NCBI GenBank assembly: GCA_027013185.1
Contig: JALUXS010000042.1
Coordinates: 1 to 48,809 of the forward strand
Length of the DNA stretch: 48,809 nt
From: Sulfurimonas sp.
Lineage (GTDB): Bacteria; Campylobacterota; Campylobacteria; Campylobacterales; Sulfurimonadaceae
Direction: 5' to 3'
Positions 1-9,871 of the stretch are shown in pieces (the stretch's first letter is position 1; every line of letters starts with the position of its first letter). The notes below the pieces were generated by a model. The model made no database searches. It was not told the DNA's origin and saw only the letters and a list, made by a program, of their open reading frames with translations. A program made the translations under genes and the position numbers.

Positions 1-252
1 CACTTTGTACTTGTAACACAAGGAATGCGACCACCGGTAGGTGAAGTATATGTTCCGACTGAATCACCAAAAGGTGAACTTGGATTTTACATAAATTCAC
101 AAGGTGGACCATACCCTTACAGACTTAAACTACGTGCACCATCATTTTGGCATACAGGAATTTTAACTGACCTTTTACCGGGTCACTACATTCCGGATGT
201 TGTATCTATTATTGGTACAACCAACATAGTTTTCGGTGAGGTTGACAGATGA
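1..252 (+). CDS. nuoD: NADH-quinone oxidoreductase subunit D, C-terminal part (5' truncated by window)
   Basis: Frame is open from base 1. Motifs [21 protein letters not shown] and C-terminal GEVDR; first gene of the nuo run. Confidence 0.97.
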   Translation, partial: HFVLVTQGMRPPVGEVYVPTESPKGELGFYINSQGGPYPYRLKLRAPSFWHTGILTDLLPGHYIPDVVSIIGTTNIVFGEVDR

Positions 253-347
253 TGAGCGTAAGAAAAAGCAAACTGCTTTGCTTTTTTAGTGAAGAATACG
301 CAAGTGATGTGCGAAGCACCACTGTAGTAAAATTGGTTACGGAGTAA
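249..347 (+). other. Structured intergenic element with a possible 32-aa ORF ([32 protein letters not shown])
   Basis: ATG overlaps the nuoD stop (ATGA). 10-bp stem AAAAAGCAAA/TTTGCTTTTT (263-286) flanked by GCGTA/TACGC (256-260/297-301). Second hairpin AGTG..GTGC-GAA-GCAC-CACT (303-323). Confidence 0.45.
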
Positions 348-350
348 ACA

Positions 351-575
351 ATGAAAAGATATGACTTAAGACACTTAAAAGATGATTTTGAACCTCGTAT
401 GAAAGAGATTTTGCAGGAGAAACATAAGCCTACAGAGACTTTGATTTTTCTTTTTGAAATTGGTGATTTTACTCCGATTCAAAGAAGTGCTGATTTAGTA
501 AAAGAGTGTGGGTATGAACTGTATAACTCATTAAAATTTAACGAAGTCGATTGGACTATCGTAGTAAAAAAATAG
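351..575 (+). CDS. Campylobacterota-type small NuoE-like (NuoX/Cj1575c-like) complex I subunit
   Basis: 74 aa, MKRYDLRHL...IFLFEIGDF...NSLKFNEVDWTIVVKK; no 2Fe-2S Cys motif; directly after nuoD; GGAG SD. Confidence 0.85.
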   Translation: MKRYDLRHLKDDFEPRMKEILQEKHKPTETLIFLFEIGDFTPIQRSADLVKECGYELYNSLKFNEVDWTIVVKK

Positions 576-584
576 GGATTGAAT

Positions 585-2621
585 GTGAGCAAAGTATATT
601 TTTCTACTTGGAATGGTGAGCTTGTTAATAACATTGGCAAACCCGAAGAAGAGTGGGAAGAATCAGCTTATAATTTACCGGCACAATATGATGATCATCG
701 TGATTCCAAAGCTTTTATAGGCTGGGATGGTGTTTCATTATTTAATGAGGATGTAGATGTTATCCGTTTAGCGATGGAATATGCTGCACAGTATCAAGTT
801 TATTCAGAAGCATGTGGAAGATGTGCTCCCGGTAGATGGGGTGGTCGAATTCTTTATGATCAACTTGATAAAATTGCTCGTGGTGAAGGTGAAATTGCTG
901 ATTTGGATCACTTAAAAGAGATTGGTAAAAGTATGCAAATTACTTCTAAGTGTGAGATTGGAAAAACTGTTCCAAACCCTATACTAGATTTAATGAATCA
1001 TTTTGAAGATACATTCTTAGAATGTATTAATGAAAAGAAAAAATCAAAGCATTATGATGACTCAATCGGCTACATTGCTAAAATAACAGCACCATGTACT
1101 GATGCTTGTCCTGCACATGTTGATATTCCCGGTTATATTGAGGGTGTAAGAGATTTACGTTTTGATGATTCACTAGAAGCTACACGTCAAACAATGCCAC
1201 TTGCACATACTTGTGGGCGTGTTTGTCCACATCCATGTGAAGATGCTTGTCGAAGAACAAATCTTGATGAGCCTATCTCAATTATGGCACTCAAACGTCT
1301 TGGTGCGGATTGGGAAACAGATCATGAATACGACTTTTTTCATCCAATGGAGAAAAAAACACCGATTGATAAAAAAGTAGCAGTTATTGGGGCAGGTCCT
1401 GCTGGACTAACTACGGCTTATTACCTCGCTGCTGAAGGTGTTGCAGTTGATGTTTATGAAGACCTTCCTGTGCTTGGTGGTGAAGTAGCAGTAGGTGTAC
1501 CTGAGTACCGTATGCCTGTTGATAAATATAATCAAGATATTGAATGTGTTCGAGACATGGGTGTAAATTTCATCACGAACTCAAGAATCTCGGCAGATGA
1601 TATGCGTAGATTTGAAAATGAATATGATGCAACAATGGTTGCTGTTGGAACAAGAATTTCTAAAAAAGTGCGTTGTGAAAATGAGCGACCTGAGATCAAA
1701 GGTTATTGGGGAGCGATTGACTTTCTTGACCGTGTAAACTTGTATGAAAAATATGGCATTACAATTCCAAAAGAAGTTCAAGAAGAGAATCTTTTAACAA
1801 CTGATTATGTAGATTTAACTGGTAAAACAGTTGTTTGTGTTGGTGGTGGATTTACTTCAATGGATGTTGTTCGTTGTGCAATTCGTGCTAATGCAAAAAA
1901 AGTATATATGATTTATCGCCGTGATGAAAAGACTATCATACGCAATACAACTTATGAAGAGTATCATGAAGCTGTTGAAGAGGGTGTAGAATTTTTATTC
2001 CATTCTGCCGTCAATAAAATAACAACAGATGAAAATGATATTTTAAATGAGTTATTAATAGATAAGTTTGAACTTGTACCTGACCCTAATGGTGGACGAG
2101 CACAATTAGTGAAAATAGAGGGCGAATCATATACGATTGAAGCAGACTATTTAGTACCTGCCGTTTCTCAATCGGCTGATTTAGATTTGCTTCCAGAGGA
2201 ATGGGATATTGAAATGACTTCTTGGGCTACTATTAAAACAAATGGCAAAGATTATATGACTTCACGCAAAGGAATTTTTGCTTCGGGTGATTGTGAATAT
2301 GGTCCTATGACAATTGTTAATGCAGTTGGTCAGGCAAAACGTGCATCATCAGTTATGGCTCGTTATGTGCAAACAGGTGAAGTAACTCTAACTGATGAAG
2401 AGATTATGGAAGATCATTTAAGTAAACTTAAAGTATATGATAAAAAAGAAAAAGTTACAGGTTGGTTACCAGGTCTTCCTCGTGAACACTCTTTGGTAGT
2501 AGATGCTGCAATCCGTAAGCATAATAATGCAGAAGTGAATCTTGGTTTTACACAGGAACAAGCCCTAACAGAGGCTGAGAGATGTATGCGTTGTTACTAT
2601 ATAGCAATGGTACAGGCATAA
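585..2621 (+). CDS. Fe-S flavoprotein: NuoF-like 4Fe-4S segment fused to a GltD/SfrB/NfnB-like FAD/NADPH oxidoreductase
   Basis: CGRCAPG...CEIG; APCTDACP; CGRVCPHPCEDAC; GAGPAG (FAD); GGGFTSMD...YRR (NADPH-type); C-terminal EAERCMRC. GTG at 585 is better spaced from the AGGGA SD than TTG at 579. Confidence 0.88.
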   Translation: MSKVYFSTWNGELVNNIGKPEEEWEESAYNLPAQYDDHRDSKAFIGWDGVSLFNEDVDVIRLAMEYAAQYQVYSEACGRCAPGRWGGRILYDQLDKIARGEGEIADLDHLKEIGKSMQITSKCEIGKTVPNPILDLMNHFEDTFLECINEKKKSKHYDDSIGYIAKITAPCTDACPAHVDIPGYIEGVRDLRFDDSLEATRQTMPLAHTCGRVCPHPCEDACRRTNLDEPISIMALKRLGADWETDHEYDFFHPMEKKTPIDKKVAVIGAGPAGLTTAYYLAAEGVAVDVYEDLPVLGGEVAVGVPEYRMPVDKYNQDIECVRDMGVNFITNSRISADDMRRFENEYDATMVAVGTRISKKVRCENERPEIKGYWGAIDFLDRVNLYEKYGITIPKEVQEENLLTTDYVDLTGKTVVCVGGGFTSMDVVRCAIRANAKKVYMIYRRDEKTIIRNTTYEEYHEAVEEGVEFLFHSAVNKITTDENDILNELLIDKFELVPDPNGGRAQLVKIEGESYTIEADYLVPAVSQSADLDLLPEEWDIEMTSWATIKTNGKDYMTSRKGIFASGDCEYGPMTIVNAVGQAKRASSVMARYVQTGEVTLTDEEIMEDHLSKLKVYDKKEKVTGWLPGLPREHSLVVDAAIRKHNNAEVNLGFTQEQALTEAERCMRCYYIAMVQA

Positions 2622-2632
2622 GGAGGCGGTGA

Positions 2633-4876
2633 ATGAGTAAAATGATAAATTTTAAAATTGACGGCAAAGATGTTACTGCGGCAAAAGGTGAAACTATTTT
2701 GCAAGCTGCGAGAAAAAATGACATCTATATTCCTACCATGTGTTATATTTCAAAAACTTCTCCATGTGCATCTTGTCGTATCTGCTCAATAGAAGTGACA
2801 GGTGTTGATGGGTTTATACTCTCTTGCAATACGCCTCCAACTGAGGGCATTGAAGTAAAAACAAATTCAAAAGCATTAGAAGCAGAACGTACAAATATTA
2901 TGAAACTTTATGATGTGAATCATCCTTTAGAATGTGGTGTTTGTGATAAATCAGGTGAATGTGATTTACAAAATATGACTTTAGAATTTAATGTAGGACA
3001 TCAAGAATTTTCTGCGAAAGATCAAGTTCGTAAAGTAGAAGATTGGGGACTCATTAATTATGATCCTGCTTTATGCATTATGTGTGAAAAATGTGTGCAT
3101 GTATGTAATGAAGTAATTGGCGATGATGCTATTGAAGTTAAATTTGGCGGATATTCATCTGTTATTATTCCGAAAGGTTCAGATACTTTAGATTGTACAT
3201 TTTGTGGTGAATGTATCGCTGTTTGTCCTGTGGGTGCATTGGTGAGTTCTGATTTCAAATATTCTGCAAATGCATGGGAGCTCTCACGCATTCCTTCAAC
3301 ATGTGCACACTGTTCTGCAGGTTGTGCTTTAGAATATGAAACGCGTCATGTTGGAATTAATGGGGATGACAGCATATATAGAGTAAAAAATAATTTTGAG
3401 TACAATTCATTATGTGGTGCAGGACGTTTTGGATTTGATTTTGATAATAAAGCACAAAAAGATAAGGTTAGATTTGATAAAGCTGTTGTAGCAATAAAAA
3501 GTGCAAATGCTATTCGTTTTTCATCTATAATTACAAATGAAGAAGCACATATATTACAGCTTTTAAAAGAAAAGCTTGGTATCAAACTTTTTAATGAAGA
3601 TGCCCGTCTTTATGGTGAATTTATGAAAGCTTATAGCAGTATCAGTGGAAAATTACATCATAGTGCTAGCATGAACGCAATAAAACAAGCAGATGCAATC
3701 ATCGTAATTGGTACACGCATTGCAACAGATAATCCAATGGTACGGTATGCAATAACAACGGCAGCACAACATAATGGTGCAAAAATTGTTTATGCACATC
3801 CATTAGAAGATGCATTGATGAAAAATACAGTAACACAGTTTATGAAGTATGAAGTCGGAACAGAAGAGGGCGTTATGGCTCTTTTAGCAAATGAACTTCT
3901 GAAAAATAGTGATGTTGATGAGGATACAAGGGCATTTCTAGATGACTTAGATTTAGGTTATCTTGAAGCAGAAAGTAATGTTGGCGATGATGAATTACAA
4001 CTTATGAGTAAATCATTTTCACGAGCTAAGAAACGTATACTTGTTGTTGGAAGTGATGTTTTTGCCCATAAACGTGCAAAAAATATTGCAAAACTAGTAG
4101 CTTTGATTGAAAAATATACTGATTTTTCATTAGTTGTTGTTCCAACAGAAGTTAACACGGCAGGTGTTTCTCTTACATGTAAACTTGATATTGATGAAAA
4201 TATAGGCAATGTTGTTGCTTATAATGCCCAAGGTGACTTTATAATGTCATCATCAAAAGATGCAGACTTAGCAATGCCGGCGCTCAATCAAGTAGAAGGA
4301 ACGGTTGTCAATGTAGACAATCAGGTTTTACCGTTAAATGTGGCACTTGCTTTTGATGGTTATACTTTAAATGATATAGCGAATGCATTGGGATTAGAAA
4401 AAGAAAATACCATTGATTATACAAAAGAATTAGATACATCCAAAGGCTTTAAATCACTTGCATTTGATGATTTAGAAAATTTTCTTTCGTCTTATGGAGA
4501 AGATAAAAGAGGATATATTTTAGATGAAGTTTCATGTGAAATGGGCTCAAAAGTAGAACCGATTGATGACTTACCGGAGTTTAACGGCACTGTAATTTAC
4601 AATTGTAACCCTGTATTACAATTCAATGAATTTACAAATAAAACGCAACAATTAGAAAAAGATATAACATTAAGAGGTTCTGCACAATTTGGGGCAGCTG
4701 CAAGAATAAGTGATGGTGATGAAGTAGAAATTAGTCTAAAAAATCGTGTAATCAAAAGAAAGTTCAAACAAGATAACGAGCTTAAAGGAACAATAGCACT
4801 GAATCCTATTTTTGATATAGGAAAAGATGCAAGTTCATATAGATTTGAAAAATCCAAAATAGTGAGAGTAATATAA
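2633..4876 (+). CDS. nuoG: NADH-quinone oxidoreductase subunit G paralogue 1
   Basis: 2Fe-2S IPTMC..CRIC..C, HPLECGVCDKSGEC, CIMCEKC/CTFCGECIAVCP, CAHCSAGC; molybdopterin-oxidoreductase-like C-terminus. Confidence 0.9.
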   Translation: MSKMINFKIDGKDVTAAKGETILQAARKNDIYIPTMCYISKTSPCASCRICSIEVTGVDGFILSCNTPPTEGIEVKTNSKALEAERTNIMKLYDVNHPLECGVCDKSGECDLQNMTLEFNVGHQEFSAKDQVRKVEDWGLINYDPALCIMCEKCVHVCNEVIGDDAIEVKFGGYSSVIIPKGSDTLDCTFCGECIAVCPVGALVSSDFKYSANAWELSRIPSTCAHCSAGCALEYETRHVGINGDDSIYRVKNNFEYNSLCGAGRFGFDFDNKAQKDKVRFDKAVVAIKSANAIRFSSIITNEEAHILQLLKEKLGIKLFNEDARLYGEFMKAYSSISGKLHHSASMNAIKQADAIIVIGTRIATDNPMVRYAITTAAQHNGAKIVYAHPLEDALMKNTVTQFMKYEVGTEEGVMALLANELLKNSDVDEDTRAFLDDLDLGYLEAESNVGDDELQLMSKSFSRAKKRILVVGSDVFAHKRAKNIAKLVALIEKYTDFSLVVVPTEVNTAGVSLTCKLDIDENIGNVVAYNAQGDFIMSSSKDADLAMPALNQVEGTVVNVDNQVLPLNVALAFDGYTLNDIANALGLEKENTIDYTKELDTSKGFKSLAFDDLENFLSSYGEDKRGYILDEVSCEMGSKVEPIDDLPEFNGTVIYNCNPVLQFNEFTNKTQQLEKDITLRGSAQFGAAARISDGDEVEISLKNRVIKRKFKQDNELKGTIALNPIFDIGKDASSYRFEKSKIVRVI

Positions 4877-7362
4877 TGAGTAAAATTACTATAAATATTG
4901 ATGGAACAGAGGTTCAAACGCAGGAGGGTGAGTATTTATTAAATGCTGCCCGTGCGAATGATATTTTTATTCCTGCAATATGTTATTTAACAAGATGTAG
5001 TCCAACTTTGGCCTGTCGTATTTGTCTTGTTGAGGCAGATGGAAAACAAGTTTATGCTTGTAATGCAAAAGCCAAAGACGGTATGAATATAACAACTTCT
5101 ACTGAGACAATAGAGAAAGAACGTCGTGCAATTATGGAAGTATATGATGTGAATCATCCTCTTCAATGTGGCGTTTGTGATCAGTCTGGAGAGTGTGAAC
5201 TACAAAACTATACATTGGAAATAGGTGTAGATACGCAAAGTTATACTGTTAAAGATGTAGATAGAAGTTCTCATGATTGGGGACATCTCCATTATGATCC
5301 GGGTCTTTGTATTGTATGTGAGCGTTGTGTGACTACATGTAAAGATATGATAGGTGATACTTCTCTTAAAACTATTCCTCGTGGAGGAGATGCACTCAAT
5401 GCTGATTATAAGGCTGAAATGCCAAAAGACGCTTATGCAATGTGGAATAAATTAAACAAATCAGTCATTGGTCTTACAAATGGTACGGATGTACTTGATT
5501 GTACTTCTTGTGGAGAGTGTGCGGCAGTTTGTCCTGTTGGTGCTTTGGTTGATACACAATTTATGTATAAATCAAATGCATGGGAACTCAAACAAGTTCC
5601 TGCAACTTGTGGGCATTGTTCTGCAGGATGCCAAATATCTTATGATGTAAAACATGCAAGTATTGAAAACCCTGAAGATAAAATTTACCGTGTTATGAAT
5701 GAATGGAATTATGTTTCACTTTGTGGTGCAGGACGTTATGGATTTGATTATCAAAATGCAAATGCAACAAAAGACGAAGCAGCATTTAATGCGGCAGTAG
5801 AAGCATTTAAAAAGGCAGATACTATTTGCTTTACTTCTACTATTACCAATGAAGAAGCATATTTACTTCAAGCTATGAAAGAGAAGTTTGGATACAAACT
5901 TGTAAATAATGAAGCAAAAGCATTGCAAACATTTTTAAAAGATTATTCTGAGATAAGCGGTACAAAACTTTATGGTAGTGATTTAGAACGCGTACATACT
6001 ACAAACTTTATTGTTTCAGTCGGTTCAGCCTTAAAAACAGATAATCCAAATGCAAGATATGCTCTTAATAACTCAATTACAGTAAGTAAAGGGGCAGGAC
6101 TTTATTTTCATCCTGTAAAAGATCCTATTATCGAAGGTCTTGGAAAATCTATAATGACAGTTGAACATGCACCGCTTCAAGAAGAAACAGCACTCTATCT
6201 TGTCCTTGATTTATTTGGGGATAAAGAGAAATTGCCAAAAGATATTGTAGAGTATCTTGCATCATTTCACTCTGAAAAAACTATAACGGTTGAAGAAACA
6301 ATAAAAGAGAAAGTTGTTGAAATCGTTAAAGAAATGAAAGTAAATGAAGAGACGGGCGAAGAAGAAGAGATAGAAGTAGAAAAATCTAAAATGGTACCTA
6401 AGAAAGTATCTAAAGAAGTAGTTGTTGATGATAATAAACTCCTTGAAATTTTAGGTACTGATGCGAAGTTTATGGAAACTTTAGAGAAAAACCTGAAGAA
6501 AAAAGAGACTTTTGCATTAATGGTTGGACCAGACCTTTATACACATCCTAGTTCTAAAAATCTTGCACGTCTTGTTGCGTTAGTTGAGAAATACTCTAAA
6601 TTTGAACTTGTTATGATTCCAACACTGACAAATTCTCTTGGTGTTTCACTTATTTGTGAACTTGATGACGCAAAAGGAAATTATAGTATTGGATACAATA
6701 CGGATGGCGATTTTGTACTCTCGGGTCTTGGTGACGGCGACTTGGATATGCCGGCTATCAATCAGCAAGAGGGGACATTAACAAGTGTTAATAAACGGGT
6801 TAATCCTACAAATGCGGCTATCTCATACAATGGCTATGAATTAAATGACATAGCAAATGCATTAGGCTTTGATGCAACAAATGTAATTGACTATACTGTG
6901 AAACTTCCTACTTCTGTTGGATTTATAGAAGAGGAATTTGATAATCTTCCAAATCATTATGAAAATGACGGTACAGAAGTGAGAGGTTATGTGCTCAAAA
7001 ATGTAGCAGTTGATGCAAGTGATGATGAAAGTGTTGAGAAATTCAGTGAAGATAAGTTAGAAGGATGTATAATCTACTCAGCTAATCCTGTAAGACAGTT
7101 TACAGATTTTACCTATAAAACAACAAACTTGGATGAAGTAAGCGGTATTTATATGAGTGAAGAGTACCTGTCTAAAACGGAATACAATGAAGGTGATACT
7201 GTTACAATTACAACTGCAAATGGGGAACTCACTGCTAATGTAGTGAGTGATAATAAAATTGCAGGGGATATCGTGATTTTACCAACATTTGATAAAAAAT
7301 TAAACTCAGAAGTACTCTTTAACGATTACCGTTTTAGTACAGCTTCGATAAAAAAGGTATAA
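4876..7362 (+). CDS. nuoG: NADH-quinone oxidoreductase subunit G paralogue 2 (Campylobacter-type)
   Basis: Same Cys motifs as paralogue 1, plus an MPKDAYAMWNK insert and an acidic/Lys-rich insert; translationally coupled (TAATG). Confidence 0.93.
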   Translation: MSKITINIDGTEVQTQEGEYLLNAARANDIFIPAICYLTRCSPTLACRICLVEADGKQVYACNAKAKDGMNITTSTETIEKERRAIMEVYDVNHPLQCGVCDQSGECELQNYTLEIGVDTQSYTVKDVDRSSHDWGHLHYDPGLCIVCERCVTTCKDMIGDTSLKTIPRGGDALNADYKAEMPKDAYAMWNKLNKSVIGLTNGTDVLDCTSCGECAAVCPVGALVDTQFMYKSNAWELKQVPATCGHCSAGCQISYDVKHASIENPEDKIYRVMNEWNYVSLCGAGRYGFDYQNANATKDEAAFNAAVEAFKKADTICFTSTITNEEAYLLQAMKEKFGYKLVNNEAKALQTFLKDYSEISGTKLYGSDLERVHTTNFIVSVGSALKTDNPNARYALNNSITVSKGAGLYFHPVKDPIIEGLGKSIMTVEHAPLQEETALYLVLDLFGDKEKLPKDIVEYLASFHSEKTITVEETIKEKVVEIVKEMKVNEETGEEEEIEVEKSKMVPKKVSKEVVVDDNKLLEILGTDAKFMETLEKNLKKKETFALMVGPDLYTHPSSKNLARLVALVEKYSKFELVMIPTLTNSLGVSLICELDDAKGNYSIGYNTDGDFVLSGLGDGDLDMPAINQQEGTLTSVNKRVNPTNAAISYNGYELNDIANALGFDATNVIDYTVKLPTSVGFIEEEFDNLPNHYENDGTEVRGYVLKNVAVDASDDESVEKFSEDKLEGCIIYSANPVRQFTDFTYKTTNLDEVSGIYMSEEYLSKTEYNEGDTVTITTANGELTANVVSDNKIAGDIVILPTFDKKLNSEVLFNDYRFSTASIKKV

Positions 7363-7365
7363 TAT

Positions 7366-8355
7366 ATGGACACAGCATATTTAATTGAGACGATAATAAA
7401 AGTTGTTGCAATCTTACTTATATTTTCTGCGTTAGCAGGTATTGGTACATATTTTGAGCGTAAAATACTTGCATTTATGCAACGCCGTTTGGGGCCAATG
7501 TATGTTGGACCGTATGGTTTGCTACAAGTTGCGGCAGATGGAATAAAGCTTTTTACAAAAGAAGATATCATTCCTACTAATGTTGTGGGGCCTATTTTTA
7601 GACTTGCTCCTGTAATTACTGCAGCAACTGCGTTTATGGCAGCAGCAGCGATTCCATTTTTCCCACAATTTACGATTTTTGGATACACAGTTCATCCTAT
7701 AGTTGCTGATATAAATATTGGTATTTTGTATATTTTGGGTGTAATGGCAGTTGGTTTATTTGGTCCACTCCTCGGAGGTATGGCATCAGCAAATAAATTT
7801 GCATTGCTTTCAGCAGCACGTACAGCTGCTGTATTTATCTCTTATGAAGTTGTGAGTGGTTTATCTATACTTGCTCCTATTATGATGGTTGGTTCTTTAT
7901 CTCTCATTGATTTTAATAATTATCAAACAGGTGGCATCAGTCACTGGATTATATGGACGCAGCCTGTAGCATTTGTTCTTTTTTGGATTTCTGCTTTTGC
8001 TGAAACTGGTCGTACTCCATTTCACTTAATAGCAAATGATCATGAAATTATTGATGGTTTTGGTACTGAGTACTCAGGTATGAGATGGGGGCTTTTCTTT
8101 ATTGGTGAATATGCGAATATGTTCTTTATTTCATTTGTAATTCCCCTTATATTTTTAGGCGGATATGGTGATGGTAGTCTCCTTGGTGCATTAGGGTTAA
8201 TAGGAAAAGTTGCATTTTTCTTTTTCTTTTTCTTATGGACGAGAGCTGCTTGGCCAGATGTAAGACCAGATCAACTTATGTGGTTGTGTTGGAAAGTACT
8301 AATGCCATTAGCCGTGATTAATGTTGTAATCACTGCTTTAGTGATGATGTTTTAA
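7366..8355 (+). CDS. nuoH: NADH-quinone oxidoreductase subunit H
   Basis: ERKILAFMQRRLGP, ADGIKLFTKED, TEYSG; polytopic membrane protein. Confidence 0.97.
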   Translation: MDTAYLIETIIKVVAILLIFSALAGIGTYFERKILAFMQRRLGPMYVGPYGLLQVAADGIKLFTKEDIIPTNVVGPIFRLAPVITAATAFMAAAAIPFFPQFTIFGYTVHPIVADINIGILYILGVMAVGLFGPLLGGMASANKFALLSAARTAAVFISYEVVSGLSILAPIMMVGSLSLIDFNNYQTGGISHWIIWTQPVAFVLFWISAFAETGRTPFHLIANDHEIIDGFGTEYSGMRWGLFFIGEYANMFFISFVIPLIFLGGYGDGSLLGALGLIGKVAFFFFFFLWTRAAWPDVRPDQLMWLCWKVLMPLAVINVVITALVMMF

Positions 8356-8366
8356 GGGGATAATGA

Positions 8367-8984
8367 ATGAAAATGGAACAATTTAATGATAGAAATGTAG
8401 CTGATAATGGCTACTTTTTAGTTGATATTGAAGATTATCCTACTGATAGCTGGGGTAAGTTTAAGCGTGTTGTCAAGAGAAGCTTTAAAGGTGAGCTTTT
8501 TGTTGGACTTTGGGTTGTTATGAGAGAGATGTTACGATTTGATATTCATACTGTCAAATATCCACAAGAGAAAATGCCTATAGGTCCTCGTTACCGTGCT
8601 GTACATGAGATGAAAAGACTTTGGGAAAGTGATACAGAACGATGTATCGGATGTGGTTTGTGTGAAAAAATTTGTATCTCTGATTGTATTCGTATGGATA
8701 CAAAAATTGATGAAAATTCTCGTAAAGAGGTGAGTGAATATACCATTAATCTTGGTCGCTGTATTTTTTGTGGATATTGTGCTGAAGTGTGTCCGGAGCT
8801 TGCTATTACACATGGTGGCGAGTATGAAAATGCATCAGAACAAAGAGAACACTTTGTGGATTATGACTATATGCTGACACCGATAGATACTATGAAAGCA
8901 AAGGCTCAAAAAGAGTTTGAAGGTTTCGGTGCTATTACACCACATGAAGATGAGCGTGTTAAAAAAACACCTCTGTCATATTAA
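8367..8984 (+). CDS. nuoI: NADH-quinone oxidoreductase subunit I
   Basis: Two 4Fe-4S motifs, [11 protein letters not shown] and [12 protein letters not shown]. Confidence 0.97.
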   Translation: MKMEQFNDRNVADNGYFLVDIEDYPTDSWGKFKRVVKRSFKGELFVGLWVVMREMLRFDIHTVKYPQEKMPIGPRYRAVHEMKRLWESDTERCIGCGLCEKICISDCIRMDTKIDENSRKEVSEYTINLGRCIFCGYCAEVCPELAITHGGEYENASEQREHFVDYDYMLTPIDTMKAKAQKEFEGFGAITPHEDERVKKTPLSY

Positions 8985-8996
8985 GGAGTTTGGATT

Positions 8997-9563
8997 ATGT
9001 TTGAAGCGGTAGCGTTTTATTTATTTGCATTTTTAACAATTGCGATGTTTTTCATAGTTGTAACAACATCACAAGCATTGTTTGCGTTAAGTGCATTAGC
9101 GGCGGGAATGATTTTTATATCAGCATTTTTCTTTATTTTAGGTGCTGATTTTTTAGGTGCAGTACAAATTATTGTATATACTGGTGCTGTCATGGCTTTA
9201 TATGCTTTTGGTATGATGTTTTTTGATACGACAAGAGATGTAAAAGAAAAGCAAGGCAATAAATATATAATTGTCGGTTTATCCACACTGGCAGCAGTTT
9301 TGGTGGTTGTTATATTTGCAATGCCTATGGTATCTGGAAATATTGTGGCACTTTATCCTGGAATTGATGGAGTAGGAAATACACAAGAGATTGGTTTAGT
9401 CCTCTTTACAAAATACCTCATACCATTTGAACTTGCTGCAATTATGCTACTTGTTGCAATGGTTGCTGGTATTGTACTTGCAGGTAAAAAAATGGATCTT
9501 TCAATAACGCTGATGAATGAAGCTGAAATTGAAGAAGAAAAAAATAAAAAGGTACTTTCATGA
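8997..9563 (+). CDS. nuoJ: NADH-quinone oxidoreductase subunit J
   Basis: QIIVYTGAVM and PFELAAIMLLVA motifs; gene order. Confidence 0.96.
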   Translation: MFEAVAFYLFAFLTIAMFFIVVTTSQALFALSALAAGMIFISAFFFILGADFLGAVQIIVYTGAVMALYAFGMMFFDTTRDVKEKQGNKYIIVGLSTLAAVLVVVIFAMPMVSGNIVALYPGIDGVGNTQEIGLVLFTKYLIPFELAAIMLLVAMVAGIVLAGKKMDLSITLMNEAEIEEEKNKKVLS

Positions 9564-9868
9564 TGGAAATAGGTTTAAACCACTATCTTGTTTTATCTAC
9601 TATTTTATTTGCTATTGGTTTAGTAGGTGTAATGCGTAGAAAAAACCTTCTTTTGCTATTTTTTGCAACTGAAATATTATTGAATGCAGTAAATGTGGCT
9701 TTTGCTGCAATTTCACATTATTATGGTGACTTAACTGGTCAAATGTTTGCATTTTTTGTAATTGCTATTGCTGCTTCAGAAGTTGCAGTGGGGCTTGGGC
9801 TACTTATTGTATGGTATAAACGCCATGGTTCAATTGACTTAGATGCGTTAACAACGATGAAAGGGTAA
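9560..9868 (+). CDS. nuoK: NADH-quinone oxidoreductase subunit K
   Basis: EILLNAVN and IAASEVAVGL motifs; about 100 aa with 3 TM helices. Confidence 0.97.
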   Translation: MMEIGLNHYLVLSTILFAIGLVGVMRRKNLLLLFFATEILLNAVNVAFAAISHYYGDLTGQMFAFFVIAIAASEVAVGLGLLIVWYKRHGSIDLDALTTMKG

Positions 9869-9871
9869 AAA

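Noticed and set aside
250-255. TGA followed by a hairpin as a possible selenocysteine/readthrough signal
   Set aside because: NuoD ends at its canonical GEVDR and a second in-frame TGA follows immediately.
6280-6430. E/K/V-rich stretch in nuoG copy 2 as an intein or repeat
   Set aside because: No intein terminal motifs or true DNA repeat; treated as a low-complexity loop.
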